A DNA stretch of 63,479 nucleotides, the filler included, from Octopus bimaculoides (Eukaryota), in the NCBI RefSeq assembly GCF_001194135.2. It is 7 parts of 7 records of this genome, joined end to end, with 100 filler letters (N's around TTAATTAATTAA, not from the genome) between each part and the next. Parts side by side here need not be neighbours in the genome. Positions count along the whole stretch, not along the records: positions 31,683 to 50,491 come from NC_068989.1; positions 50,592 to 60,710 come from NC_068997.1; 5 more parts are not named here. The stretch is one strand, 5' to 3'. Of this stretch, positions 37,500 through 51,626 are shown piece after piece. The translations under genes and the position numbers were made by a program. Numbering within the stretch: the first letter of the stretch is position 1; the number at the start of each line of letters is the position of its first letter. The notes under the pieces were generated by a model. It had not been told where the DNA came from. It searched no databases and worked only from the letters and a program-made list of their open reading frames with translations.

Positions 37500-39400
37500 T
37501 TCAATCAACTTAATTGAGCATTGTATTTGGTTATATCTCCCAAACTCTTTATGTATATTAACAACCTTCTTGCTGTCACATCTAATAATACACACTTGTA
37601 TACAAATGACATTCATTTACACTCCTTAACTTTGTATACATCATGTCATATAATCAAACTAAACAAAAAAAGGATGCACTAACTACACAATATCATGGTC
37701 TTTTTTCTTTCTGAATATCAAGCAAAACCACTTCCATGATATTAGATTATTGTTGCTCTTACTATTACCCAAGTCTTAGTGATGTTCACTTTTTGGTCTA
37801 AAATTTTCAGGCATATTGTATAGTTAGTGCTGAATTACTATGTAATTTCTTCAAGTATACAAGTTACAGTAAACCACCTGGCATTTTCCTTACCGTCTTA
37901 ATTTGATGTTATGCTAGTTATTGATGTTGACTCTTATCTTCAGATAACTTAAGTCGATCTAATATTTCTAGTATTTTGGCAGTTTTTCATTTCTAGATAC
38001 TTAATTACTTTACTCCCCTCCCCAATATAATCTCTTTAGCTGGTTCCACTTGAGTAGAACCTATCTTTTTTATATTCTTTGTTCTCTAAAATTTATTAAA
38101 GCATTATCTTTGTGAGATGTGCCTGTAGTAAGTGCATAACATTTTTAGTTAATTCTCCCCAGTGACCCAATTTGTTCCAACACTCTTTCTTACAATTTAG
38201 AACCCTTTTTACCCTTTGGTATAGAATAGAATTATTGTATCTATTTTTTTGGCCACATTGTTTCTTGCTGCTTAGCCAGGCTTCCTCTTCATCTATTAAA
38301 CTCTGTATAATAAATAAAAACTTGAGAGTTTAATCTTTTGTGTTTGAAAATAGATAAGTCTTAGAGGAATTTTATATCTATTCTTGAAGGTAGAGATTAA
38401 CTTAGCTGTTTTTTTTTGTTGTTGTTTAATGCTGATGAATCCGTAGTAGTTTTTTGTTAAGATATATGTTTTCATCTATTTTTGAATGCAATTGCTTTGG
38501 ATAGAATTGATCAGATCTTTACCCCAACCTTTATTTTTCTTAACTAGATACCAGAACAATGCAATATTTTCTCTGGATTGATGTTTTACTTTCACATATA
38601 TTTACTATGGTCTTTATAGGAAACTATTACTTTCTCCTTCAGTTTTTGCCAGATATATCAGTATTTTTTTTGTCCTCTGGCTTTGTTTATCTAGTGGAAA
38701 AGACTCTAGTTTTTAGTGTTGCAGCAACAATAATTTGTAATCTTATAGAAACGTTACATGTTTTAAAACCCCATCATGGATTAGTCATTATGCTAATTTC
38801 CTATTTCCCACTCCAGTTTTGGGGAATTAACATTTTTGATTTATTACATATAAAAGGCTTATTTATATCTACAGCGACCTTGTCAAAATTGCATGACTGT
38901 GACATCAGTGATATGATTTTAGATTTGTTTTTTTTTTTAATTTCTTTTTTAAAAATTGTTCATTTTGAAAAAAACTTATTCAGGCAAATTTTTATGAATA
39001 TTTTTGATTAAATATAACAAAAAAACATGGTTGTGTTTCATATATTCTAGAATAAACTTAGGAGTAAATAACTTAATGTCAAAATATATCATGGTCAGAA
39101 AAACTATATAAACTTCAAATATTCTCCATATTACTGTTCTGGGTTGGTTATCTGCTATATAATCTCTTATAGAATGCCTGTTAGTTTTCAGAAGACTTTA
39201 AATTTCTAACCAGAACATAAAGCAGATGTGCATACTATTAATATCTATTTTAGATAATATGTTCATCCATCATTTTTATGACCATCTTTAACAATCCCGA
39301 TGCTAATCTTATCACTAAACCATTAAAGATTATTGTTGCATTATTTTTTCGGAATTACCTGTCTATTATGTTCCTCTGATGACATACAGGGAGAGTATGC
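37500..39400 (-). mobile_element. Ancient LINE RT relic (RTE-like)
   Basis: IILFYTKGKKGSK...SLGRIN*KCYA resembles the P.YKGKG.K.EC.NYRGISLL motif; very decayed. Confidence 0.3.
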
Positions 39401-39599
39401 TTGATTACAATTAACACAAGTGTATTATGTATACTTATTTCATTAACTCGAGATGGAGGAAGGCAAAGTCAATATGTACATATTTTAAACTTGGAAAAGT
39501 GAGGTGTCAAACCAGATGCAGTAAAATATTGAGTAAAGTAAGGGCAAACACAGTTACAAAGCAAGAAAACTTTAAACAATCAAGACTCCACCTTCATTA

Positions 39600-41100
39600 A
39601 TGAGAAGTTAACATTGACAAATATACCCAAAATAGGTAGAGATGATATTTCTCATTGTTGAAAAAATTGAAGCTTTGGTGTGCAGTATGATGAAAAATTA
39701 GTCTGGTCTTTAGCAGGTACGATGACAACTCCAGATATGTTTCAGTCATATCAGATCTCTTCAGTAAAACATTTATATTGAGAATAGACATGCTGAATGT
39801 GCTGAGGGCTTGGTCTTAGGTGATACACTTTTCAGAGGGGGTAAGAATTGTAAAAGAGGTAGATGATACAGAGTAAGGACATAATTTGTCAATGGATTCT
39901 TCAATATAGTATAGCATTGAATTGCAAATTGCCAATCAGTTGGATTTGTTGAAGAACGTCTAGCAGATGCATCAGCATAACTCTGTATTTAGAACAACAA
40001 TATGCAGACACTGGAACTATATAGAGGTGAAGTAAACTCTTTGCCTGAAAGGAATGCCTACCTAGCCTTTGGGAATTGAACCATGAAAAATCAGTTTGTA
40101 AAGCCTATATATGGAGACATATTATATGTATCTGTCTTGGTACTGCTGAAGGTTATTTATTGGAGGTTTCAAGTTACTTAGTTTGGTCTGACATGTGTTG
40201 ATGGTATCTGGACAGATAATATGTAGGAGACAACCAGTAGAGCACCAGAGTTGATAGATTGTGGGTGTGGAACAGCCCTATTTATGTATGTGGAGATGAA
40301 AGCTGGTGCCATAAGCAAGTAACTTTGCCAGGAAGTTGAATGCTTTGTTGATAACTTTACTTTCACTGAAGCTCTAACTATATGGCAATAAAGTTTGTAA
40401 CCACATCTGTCACCTTTGAGATGATGGAAGTAAGTTCAACAGGTCAATAGTAAAAGAGGCTGCCATTCTATAGAATGTGACAAGTTATTAAGTTTACTAT
40501 TTTTAGTCCCAAGTTAGTACTGAGAGAGTAGACCTATATTCAGAGGCACATTCCATTATAATCATTCTACCTTGTTTTTGTTCATTGTAGCCCTTTTTAA
40601 GGATGAGAGCTTGTATTTAAGATAATGTGGTTATTGTTTCTCACAAGTTAAGCAAACCACATTGGCTTCCTATTCAGTGTTTCCAGTAAGTGAGGCATAA
40701 AAATGGAAAGGTTGAAGAGTTTGGTGAGGATAGAAGCTATCTTGGGCTCACATTGAATGTTATGGGAAGGACACTACTACATTCAGTTATATCTAAAATG
40801 ACCTGTGGAGTTTTTGTGTTTGGCAGCTGTGTGTTCATAATGGTGAGGCAGATAGAAATGAAGAGGAGATCTGGGACAAGTTTTGTGTGCTAAGTAGCAT
40901 AAGCATCAAATGTGGTAACTTATACATAGGAATACTACTTTAAGAGCCATTGTTGTTGAGAAGTGGTGGTTAGGAACTAAAATTTAGATGATGACTGGGC
41001 TTGCTAGTCATGCACTGCATGAAAACACCCATTACTTTCTTGAGGGAAATTTTGTATGTTGAAATGATTGGTAATGGTTTATGATTTTCTTCAGGTGTTC
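39600..41100 (-). mobile_element. Ancient CR1-like LINE
   Basis: LTITSIISKV, SINSGALLVVSYIL (NSGVPQGS-like) and downstream thumb-like remnants. Confidence 0.5.
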
Positions 41101-43059
41101 TGTCTGACAGCTTGTGGAATATCACAAATGAATAGCTAGTTTAAGTCATCGATTTGACTGTATTTAGTGGGTCAAGAGTGAAGCATATGCATATCTTGCA
41201 TAGACCTGGTATAACATAAACTAGTGAACTAACTAGTGAAGTAATAAAGGATTTAGGTGTGAACAGAAGTTGATGTACTGTAGAATGATGTGAGCTGCCT
41301 TGACTGAGTAATGATTGGATGCAGAATGAGACAACTAGACACTGGTAATTTGGAACTGCCAACTGGATATAGAACTTGTTTTGGTGACTAGTTTTTAGCA
41401 CTGGAGGTAAACACACATGCATGCATACACAGAAATATACACATATGGATTGTGTGAGAGAGAGAGAGAGAGCGCCATTGCAATTTATTAATTGAACATA
41501 ATTGGCATAAACACATTCCCTCTCTTCATATGCATAAATACAAATATGCTCACACATATAAACATAAAAAGAAAGAGAAAATAAGAGAAGCATTTAAAAT
41601 GTCTGACATTTTAATGAATTGAGAGGAGTCATGAAAAAAGTAAATTCTATGTATGCATAGAGACCACCTTCAGGAAAGTTGAGTTATACCTGACTGAGTT
41701 CAGTTACTGCACAGGAGATTTGGTGATGTCCTCAGATCCATTCTTCTGGGCATCTTATACCTCTATTTAATTGAGGACCCTACTGTGTACTTCAACATAA
41801 AGTAGTTTATTATATGGGGTGCATTGTGACATTCAGTGCTTACATTTTTGATTTTTGTACGTGACATGTTGTTGATTATAATGTTTGGTTGTATCTGATG
41901 TTATTTAGTAATTGTTGTAAGAAGTTTGTTGCTATTGTTGTTTAAGCTCCTTGTCAGCCGTAATTGAACAAATCCATGATTAAAAGTTGTTTGTGGGTTT
42001 ATTGCAACTAATTCATTTTTAGTGTGTGTAGGACTACATTTTTTGACATATCCTTTCTTAAATAAGATAGGTGTGATTTGAAGAAAATTTAGCTGTTTTC
42101 AACAAATCAAGTGATCATGTAGAGGCTCCCTTGTTAGCTTATAGGAAAGTTATTTCTGTTGTGCAGCTTTGAGTCTGCTCTAACTGAGTGGTGTGCAAAT
42201 CATCAAATGAATGATGAGGTGCAACTCCTAGATTCATTGTCTCTATTGTACCATGACTATTTATAAATGATGACTAGACTGCACAATGTGTGACATGTAA
42301 TGAGTTGTGTGGAGTATAGAATGACAGTATGAACATATTACACACTCTCTTCTCTCTACTCTATTCTTATATGCTTGTAGATTCTGGTGGTAACTACAGT
42401 AGAGGCAGGCAAGGTGGATTCATTTAGTGTGCAACAGTTACTGTTCCTCTGCACTTATTATTAATTGAGTGCATCTCAGTACAGTATTGGAGTCAGTGAG
42501 GCTATTAACGTTGGAGCTATTTTTGTATTTTGTTTGTATTTGTCTAGGCTGAATGAGATTGTGTTTTTAGGACATTGTTTAGTCCTTATATCAACTCTGA
42601 TCAAAGAGACCTAAGATCAAAAAGCATTCCTGCTGCAACCATCCCTCTCTTTTTGTTTTTTTATTATAATGTACTTAAAATCATATTCAAGGCCAGCTGT
42701 GTGTGATTTCAGGTTAAGCAACCACATTGAGCCTCTCTCTTTTGCTTGGGTTTTCTTTCTTGTGTGTGTGGCTTTTGGAGAAGGGAGAATATTGTATAAG
42801 GTAAAGCAATGGAAAATTCTTGCATTTAATGTCTGTCTTCCATGCTTGCATGGGTTGAATGGTGCAGTAGGATCATACTGGTTAGAGGTTTGTTAATTTC
42901 AGGAGTCTTGCTCATGTGTCTCAGTTTTAGCATGGCCTGTATAGTTGGATGCCCTTCCTAATGCCAGCCACTTTACAGTGTACTGGGTATTGAGAAATTG
43001 AAGTATGATGAAAAGGACAAACAGGTTTATTGTTATTGAAGAGATATATGGCTACTCCA

Positions 43060-43790
43060 TTTTATATAAAGATGTATGTGTGTGGAATAAATATGGTGGA
43101 ACTGGAAAGAGATGATGGTGGTGTTCCACAAGGTACAACAAGGTGAAAAAAAAGAGAGAATGGAGACAGAACATCAAGAAGGGTGGATGGGTAAAGGTTG
43201 CAAGAATGCATGGGGATAGTAAGAGAGTGATAGAAATAAGGATAGGGGTGAATGGTGAAAGAAGGTAGGGGTGGACAAGGGTGAATGTGAGTAGTGGATA
43301 GTGTTAAGATTGAGGAATGAATGTCAATAGGATGCTGAGAGAGAGAAAGTGATGACTGGCAGAGCAGAATTAATGTAAGCAGCTGCAGAAAATGTTTGAT
43401 AGGAGAGGGATGAAAGAATGAAGGACAAGATAATGGGCAGGGTAGGTAGATAAAGGTTGCAGGGGGTGGAGGATTGTGAGAGATGGATAGAAATTGGTAT
43501 GTTGATAGAGGTATACAGAAATGAATGTAGTGAGTGGCGAACAAAGGTGAGATGCAATAATGGTAGATATGGTGTTAAAATTAGGAATGTGTGTCAACAG
43601 TGGCTTGGGGAAGAGGGAATGATGACTGGCAACACAGAAAAAAGTGGTCAATGGAAAATACAAGTGGGGAGGTTGATGTTAAGAATGAGGGATGAATGTC
43701 AAAAGGATGTGGTTCTAGGGATGATGCATGTCACAAGATAGACGGATGAGTGGTAAAGAGATGAAGGGTGGAATGGAGCAGCAGGTGAAG
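43060..43790. repeat. Degenerate purine-rich (G/A) low-complexity tract
   Basis: Strong G+A skew with recurring ggatag/gtaga/gaatg words. Confidence 0.6.
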
Positions 43791-43799
43791 GCTTGACTG

Positions 43800-46700
43800 A
43801 GACATATTGGGCAAGAGGGTGGGAGTTATATCCATATATGCTATTCTTCAAGAACCAATCAACTTCATCATTTGTCATCTTTGAAAGGTCTAAATTTCTA
43901 TGCCCTGTTTTTTCTCAACATATTTGTATTCTGTCATTCATGCATATTGGCATTGCATGTTCAGCCAATGTGCTCCATTTATTTCTAGTCTTTGCAAGTC
44001 CTCTACATTTAGAGTCCACATCTCACTGTCATGTAACATTGCAGTTCATACATCAGCTCCATGCAGTCTACCATTCAAAAGAGAGAAGCCTTTTTGTCAC
44101 TAACAGAAGTAATAACACCCTGAATTTTTCCAGCCTGTTCTTACTCTGGCTCCTTACTTTCAGGACATCCACCACTAACAAGGTCACCTTGGTAACAAAT
44201 TATCTAAGAATTCTCCTGGATATTTCATAAAATCTGCCTCTTGTGTGCTCTTGGTGTTTATTGTTCTTGCACATCTGCCATATACTTTCTCTGTGTTATG
44301 GGTATAATAGTAATAATGGAACACCACTCCCATGTGACAAGTGGTATGTGCTAGTTCCTATAAATACTGTGACGTAGGAAGTCAAGGAAGTGTTTGTTAG
44401 TTGGGCAGTTGTCATAGATAGATTGTCTCACTAACTATACTGCTGTACTGGATTACAACAGTGACGATGAGAAATTAACAAACTCACAAGGGTTAAACAA
44501 ACTCACAAGGAGTTATGAAACTTACGAAAGATTTCTATGTGAATTTTACGGTATACAAAATCATAAAATTATGGAAGAATTGTTGGCCAGTTTGCTTGAG
44601 TTGCAAAAACAGCAACAACAACTGAAAGAACAACAAGGAGGACTGCATCACATATGCTGGTGGAGTTAACAGAGAATGTGAAAAGTTCAAACTGGCTGAG
44701 TTAATGCCAGACATGTTCAAGTGCCTGATATTTACTTAGGGGCTAACTGCAGGAAAAGACACAGAGGTAAGAACAAGAATTTTCACTAAGCTGGGACAAA
44801 ACCAAACTGTAACCTTACAAGTGTCAGAAGAATGTGAAAGAATAGTAAATTTAAGACACAACACACAGAAAATTGAACATAAAGATTGTTCCCAAGTGAA
44901 ACAAGTATGAAACAGGCAGAATAGAAATCATGAGTGTACTAGAATACAGTACAAACAGGACAAAAATCAGGAAAGAAACCCACATTTTGCATATGGAGGT
45001 CTACACCTGAGAAAAAAACTGCCCATTTAAGAAAGTGGAATGCTTCCATTGTGGAAAATTTGAACATATAAAAGCGGGCTGTAAGACCAAGATGACAAAA
45101 CATTGGAACAAAGAAAAAAGAATAAACAAGATGTTGTCAAAAGAAAATGGTAATGTGATAATTAAAATTATAAGAGTAAAAATGCATTTAGACACTGGAA
45201 GTGATATTACCATTGTGAATGAAGAAACTTGGAAGTATATTGGTAAGCCAAAATTAAGTAAATCTACAAATGTAGCACATGGTGTTATGGGTAAAAGATT
45301 GTATTTTGTTGGTGAATTTGTGTGTAATGTGACATTTCATGACCAAATGGAAAAGGCAAAAGTATTCAGTTAATCTATTCAGCACAGAGTGGATGGAACT
45401 GTTCAAATTGTGAAATATACCCATAAGTGTTTTGTATAGTCAGTTCAGCTGAAGTTTTAAATGTGGCTGAGGGATTGAAATGAAAAATAAATATTTATTC
45501 CCAGATATTTTCTCAAATGAACTGGGCTGCTACAGGAAAACGAAGGCAAAAATTATCAAGCAAAGTGCAACAGCTGTATTTAAGCAGTATATTGTTGCAT
45601 TAGAACAGGTAAATAAGGAACTTGAAAGACTTGGAATAATCAAGAAGGAGGACAATTTGGATTGGGTAGCACCTACAGTCAACGTAAAAAAGAAAAATAA
45701 GTTTAGAGTTTGTGCAGATTTTTGAACAGGGTTGAATGATTGCTTAATCTCACATAATTATGCATTGCCGAGTCCTGAGGAAGTATTGGCAAAATTGAAT
45801 GGAGGGAAATTCTTCTCAAAATTAGACTTCTTGGAGACATATTTACAAATCCAAGTAGAAGAAGAATGCTCACACTTATTAACCATTATTACACACCAAG
45901 GCTTGTTTAATTTAAGCAGTTTCCCTTTGGTGTAAAAGTGGCTCCTTCCATATTTCAGCAAGTCATGAATACAATGCTGGGTGACTGTGATTTTGTTGTT
46001 GCCTATCTAGATGATATTCTAATAAAAAGTGAATCACACGAACAACATATAAAGAGGGTATTCAAAAAGATAAGAGAATATGGTTTTAAGTTAATTGAAG
46101 AAAAATGTGAGTTCTTTCTGAAAAAAATTAAATACTTGGGCCAGATAATAGATAAAAATGGATGGAAACCAGATCCATCCAGAGTAACTGCGATAAAAAA
46201 TATGCTCATGTCGAATAATATGACTATGCTACAAGCATTGTTGGGTTTAAATAAATTACTATCAAATTTACATTCCCATATCCACAATGGGAGGGCCCTG
46301 CTAAATGAATTGTTAAAGAAAAATGTAAAATGGTGCTGGACTGATAAGTGCCAGAAGGCATTCGACAAATTAAAAAACATTTTAGCATCAAACTTATTAA
46401 TACATTTTGATGTTGGATATTATATTGGCTACAGATGTGAGTAGTTATGGTGTAGGAGCAGTGCTCCTGCATAAATATTGACAATGGGAGTAAAGAGGGT
46501 ATAGCCCATACGTCACGATCATTATTACCTGCTGAAAGGAACTATAGTCAAATAGAAAAGGAAATGTTAATCATATTTGGTGTGAAAAAATTCTATATAT
46601 TTATTCATGGAAGAAGTTTCTGTCTACATATGGGTCATTGCCCACTACTGTCAATATACAGTTCATATTACTTAGTAGGTAGTAGATAGTTTATCCAAAA

Positions 46701-48290
46701 TGGCCAGAAATTTATAAGTGTAAAAGACCAACCTCTTCAGCTGCAACAAACTTTTTACAGGAGCTGCTTGCGAGATTTGGTGTCCCATGCATGATAGTGT
46801 CTGACAATAGAATGCAATTTGTGTCTTTTGAGTTTAAAAGATTTTGTAAATCGTTCACTGTAGAACATGTAGCTATGACACCATACCATCTCAGATCTAA
46901 TGGACAAGCAGAATGCTTTGTCGATATGGTCAAGAGAGCCATGAGAAAGTCGAATAAGGAAGTCATGGATGAGGTAGCTCTACAACAATTCTTAAGAGTA
47001 TACCATGTGACACCAAATTCAAACATGCCAGCAGAGATGAATTTTGCAAGGAAAATAAAATCAGTCTTCGACAAATTACTACCTGGTAAGAAAAGAAAAA
47101 TTGCAATAGATAATGCAGCAAGATATTTCAAAACTGGTGAAAATGTATTTGTTAGGGGATATAAGCACGGAAAACAAAGTTGGGAAGATAGCCAAACACA
47201 TAGGAAAAATGCTATACTTGGTAAAAGGAAGAAAAGGGATATACAAAAAACACATGAACCAATTACAAAAATAAAGAGAAAGATTCGTTGAGAGCGAACC
47301 TAAGAGAATGGAAGAACCAGTGGAATGGTTATCTGATACTTTTCAAGTACCAACACCACCACAAATAATTGAACTCAGACACATTAGTGAAAGAAAAAGA
47401 AACTGTACAAAATTCCTGGAAATGGATGCCAAACAAATAAAATATTAAATGTATAACTGTACGAAAAAAACCCACTCAAAAAAGTGAGGTGAGGTGATGT
47501 AAAAATTACTACTAATAAAAGAAATAAAATTACACTCCCTAAGAAAAACTTAAAAGGGGAGATGTTATGGGGATAATAGTAATGATGGAACACCCCTCTC
47601 ACATGATGGGTGGTATGTGCTAGTCACTATAAATACTATGACGTAGGAAGTCAAGGGAGTGTCAGTCAAGTAGTCATCATAGATAGATAGTTGCGTCTTA
47701 ACTATACTGCTATACCAGAGTGGGTGTTAAAACAGTCCAACAGAGGATTACAACACTCTGCTAATCTTCCAGTGATTCCACTGCACCTCTTATGTATCCT
47801 TAGTTTGCATTAGATTTATCGTATGGCGTTTCATCCTACTTCTTTCCTACTTATTGAGCAAGGCTATTTTCCAATGGGAATAGGGTAGTGTCTGTTTTCC
47901 TACTTACTAATACTTTAGTCTTTGCTAAGTTAATTTTGAGTTTCTTTGATTCCAGCTTTTGCTTTTTCACCTGGAATTTTTTTGAATTTCACTATGGATT
48001 CAGTTATAAGGTCATCAACATAAAGGAGTTCTCATCCAGTTTTAAACTCCTCTGTTAGGTCTGGGAAAATAGCGGGGGATTGAAAAAAATCCCTGATTGT
48101 CTATTTTCTTTATTGCCGTATTTGTTGCTAATACCTTGCTTATAGCACCCATGTATGTGGCTTGTATGGCTCACAAGATATTTGTCTACTTCTAGCTTTC
48201 TCCATGATCATTGACCATAGAGCAAGGGATTCTGTTAAAGGCTTTATCCAGATGAATGAATGCTAATTACAGTGGCTCACTCATAGCTAA
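43800..48290 (-). mobile_element. Old RTE/RTEX-like LINE split by the LTR insertion
   Basis: Right part: ELLYVDDL...PCSISRKEVG*NAIR...IHKRCSGITGRLAE. Left part continues KVYGRCARTINT...RLEKFRVLLLLLVTK. Confidence 0.8.
44294..47755 (+). mobile_element. Ty3/gypsy LTR retrotransposon (Mag-like), complete boundaries, decayed gag-pol
   Basis: LTRs 44294-44460 and 47563-47755 (TG...CA); 5-bp TSD CTCTG; PBS-like GTGACGATGAG; PPT AAAAGGGGAGA; CCHC knuckle CFHCGKFEHIKAGC; protease LDTGS; RT YLDD (46004); RNase H AERNYSQIEKE; integrase IVSDN..F...HLRSNGQAE. Confidence 0.95.
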
Positions 48291-48399
48291 ATGCTTTTCC
48301 TGCAGTTGCCTCATGAGGAAGAGGCATCAGTAGTAGTACTTCTTGGTACAAAACTGAACTGCATCTCATTTAGATTAATTCTGTTATTAGTTGAGCTTT

Positions 48400-48739
48400 C
48401 TCTGAGACCCCCTTCGGTCATGACTGACCATGGGTTTGCACCTAGAAAGTTACCCTCCCAGGCACAAGTGCAGGCAAGGTTGTTTATGGAAGACCAGCAG
48501 TTGCCCATGCATACCAGCTTCCCCTCTCCACGCCACCAGTGTTATCCAAGGGAAAGGCAAAGGGGCTGATACAGCTTGGCACTTGTGATGTCGCAACTCA
48601 TTTCTACCGCTGAGTGAATTGGAGCAACGTGAAATAAAGTGTCTTGCTCAAGAACAAAACACAGCCTGGTCCAGGATTTGAACTCACAACCTCACGATCA
48701 TAAGCTTGACGCTCTAACCACTGAGCCATGCGCCTTCAC
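48400..48739 (-). mobile_element. tRNA-derived SINE, family D
   Basis: Reverse strand starts gtgaaggcgcatggctcagtggttagagcg...gagttcaaatcc (A and B boxes), followed by a non-tRNA body. Confidence 0.85.
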
Positions 48740-49519
48740 TAGTTGAGCTTTAATTAGTAAGAAAAATATCACCTTGGAGTATTGAGGGAGAGGGAGAAGT
48801 TTCTTGAGCTTTTATTGTCGAGCTTTGAAAGCCAGCTCTATAATAGTGGACAAGATCTCCAATTAAGCATCATATTCAGAACATCTAGTGAGTTCCATCC
48901 AAAGTTGTCCCATTCTAAAGAATGGTATGTGTTTATGTTGTAAGTTTTCAAATTAGATATCACAAAATCTTTTGCCATGCATTCTTCCTTCTGAATTGCA
49001 TTTTTAATATAATGATGTATTACATTGCATTTATCTAGGTTAGTGACTGAAATTGGTGAGATGGAGAGTTGTGTAAGATGCATAGTTCTTTGCTACTATA
49101 CTTACACTTTTCCATCAGAAATATTCCTGCTGTGATCCCTTTTAAATATTTTGATACTAACTTACCCATGATCACAGAATGAGATGAATTAGTACAGCTG
49201 TTTAGATGCTGAGGATTTGGCACAGCTGACTGGACAGTCAGCCTGTTTTGCTACAGTTCTCTCCTCATATGCATAAAGAGAAATATACTCACACACATAA
49301 ATAGAGAGTTGGGTTGGAAGGGGAGGGAAAGAGAGAGGGGAACATTAAAATGAGGGAAACATTAAAACTGTCTGATAAATAAGTCAGTGTTGAATCAGTG
49401 GCACCAAAATGGCTGTGCCAAAACGTCTCATGCCTCCAAGATAACACTTGATTCTATAACTCAAATTTTCACTTTTCAAGTGATCTTTCATGAAAATTTC
49501 ATGCTATATTTGAAACACC

Positions 49520-49730
49520 AGCTTAATAATCTTTTCTACGATAGGCACAAAACCTGAAATTTTTGAGGAGGGGGAGGGGCTGGTTGATGTAATTAACCCT
49601 AGTGCATGACTGGTACTTATTTCATCAACCCCCAAAAGAATGAAAGGCAAAGGCAACATCAGCAGAATCAGCAGACAAAATACCAGCAAGCAGTTTGCCT
49701 GATGTGCTAATCATTCTACCAGCTCACTGC
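49520..49730 (-). mobile_element. SINE family B, decayed with internal deletion
   Basis: gactggtacttatttcatcaaccccc...gaaaggcaaag...gctaatcattctaccagctc. Confidence 0.7.
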
Positions 49731-50366
49731 CACACCAGCTTAACGACGACAGTTATTTTACTAAATTCGTCATTGTTTTCAAAATTAATTGAAGAAAAGG
49801 CAGTATATTCCAACAGAAATTTGGAAACAAAGGGTGAATTTCAGCAAGTTTATGCTGAAGCATTGCAAATAAACCTGTGCGATTAATATTTCCTGTAAAC
49901 TGAAGATGACTTATGTACTGACCTAAATATTTCTTCCTAATCAGTTTGGTGCTTCACTACTCTGAATTTTAATCAAGCCAGAATCAACTTTGACATTTAT
50001 TATTCCCTGGCCTACAAAATAACTACTAATAATATTCAGTTGATTCAGTCAATTATAACATCTTTTGAAACTGTAAAGGCAAAATAGAACAAATTGTAGT
50101 TCTGGACCAGGCACAATCCCATATTGCTTTAATTTATCAAAATGGAGATTAGTTACCAAGATTTTCTGAGTAAAAGAAACTAATCTTGTATAGAAGTTGA
50201 GTTTTGACTTTCAAATCTAAAGATCTGCTTGTAACTTGTGAAAATATCAACTTGTCCTTTAAAATGTATCATGTACTCATTAAAAAAAAAGTCATTTCTT
50301 TTTTGAATTTTTTACCACTGCAAAGTATCTTTTGCACTTGCTTTATCTTTCTTTCTTCCCCAGAAA

Positions 50367-50392
50367 TCTATATATATAAAAATGAGAACGTG

Positions 50393-50491
<99 letters not shown>
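50367..50491 (+). mobile_element. 5' end of a non-autonomous Helitron with a (GTCT)n microsatellite, cut by a scaffold join
   Basis: A|TCTATATATATAAAAATG...(GTCT)n, an architecture like known GTCT-containing Helitron derivatives. Confidence 0.55.
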
Positions 50492-50778
50492 NNNNNNNNN
50501 NNNNNNNNNNNNNNNNNNNNNNNNNNNNNNNNNNNTTAATTAATTAANNNNNNNNNNNNNNNNNNNNNNNNNNNNNNNNNNNNNNNNNNNNAAAAACCTA
50601 TTTGTATATGCTCCACAAGGGAAAACAAGGAACATAGTTTACAATGAGGTGTTATAATCACAACAGCAAGAAAGTATGTACATGATCACCTTCTTTTACG
50701 AAACTTCATTGACTTTCATATATTTATATTGATATACATATATATATACGTGTGTTTGGGTGCGTGTGTGTATATACA

Positions 50779-50869
50779 TCTCTATATATAAAGATGATGC
50801 GTAGTCTAGACGGCGTTTTTAGATTTCACTATTCTCTTTAACCCGGGCAACGCCGGGTATTTCTGCTAG
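50779..50869 (+). mobile_element. Minimal (91 bp) non-autonomous Helitron
   Basis: Inserted at A|T, 5' TC, subterminal hairpin ACCCGG-gcaacg-CCGGGT, 3' CTAG. Confidence 0.75.
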
Positions 50870-50974
50870 TATATATATATATATGTAATCATACATAGAC
50901 ACTCATACACCTATGTATTCTTCCATGTACGTATCTCTTTATCAATGTCACTACCTATCTATCTAACCCTTTTA

Positions 50975-51586
50975 TTCAGACACACACTCGCGCACACACA
51001 CACAAACGCACACACACAAGCGCGCATGCGCGCGCGCACGCACACACACACACACACTATAGTAACAATTTGAAAACAACAATGATACGCCAGACAACAT
51101 TCTTTGCTGTTGTGTTATGTTGCAAGCTCGGATTGACACATTCCTGTAATATATCTTGTACGAACGACCTACGTACCTCCGACCCGCCACTAACCAACTT
51201 CTCCCCCACCCCTCACTGTACCTTTCACACACCACTGCATACATTCCTATACCCATCACCACTACCTGAGCCGTCACCACCACCATTATTACTTGTTCAC
51301 TAGTAGCTCTGTCACAATGTGGCAAACGGCTGCCTCTTACCTCTGGACATAGGTAGGCACTGACTGACTGACAGTAAAGCTACATGGAACCCACCCGAAA
51401 CACTTCGGTTTGTGTTTGGGTGAGTGTATATGTGTGAAAAAATCTTGAAAAATGATACATGCATATGCATATGATACATATGGGAATATATGTGTGTGTG
51501 TGTGTATGTGTGTGTGTATATATATATATTTGTATATGTATGTATTTATGTACGTATTTAGGTATATATGCACACGTACATGTACA

Positions 51587-51626
<40 letters not shown>

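Noticed and set aside
42377-42409. Possible plus-strand exon DSGGNYSRGRQG after a good acceptor
   Set aside because: Weak donor (GTGGAT) and no partner exons identified.
48660-48739. tRNA-like sequences (also about 11970-12048, 5187-5260 and 24241-24310)
   Set aside because: A and B boxes are present but run into SINE bodies and lack a complete cloverleaf; these are SINE heads.
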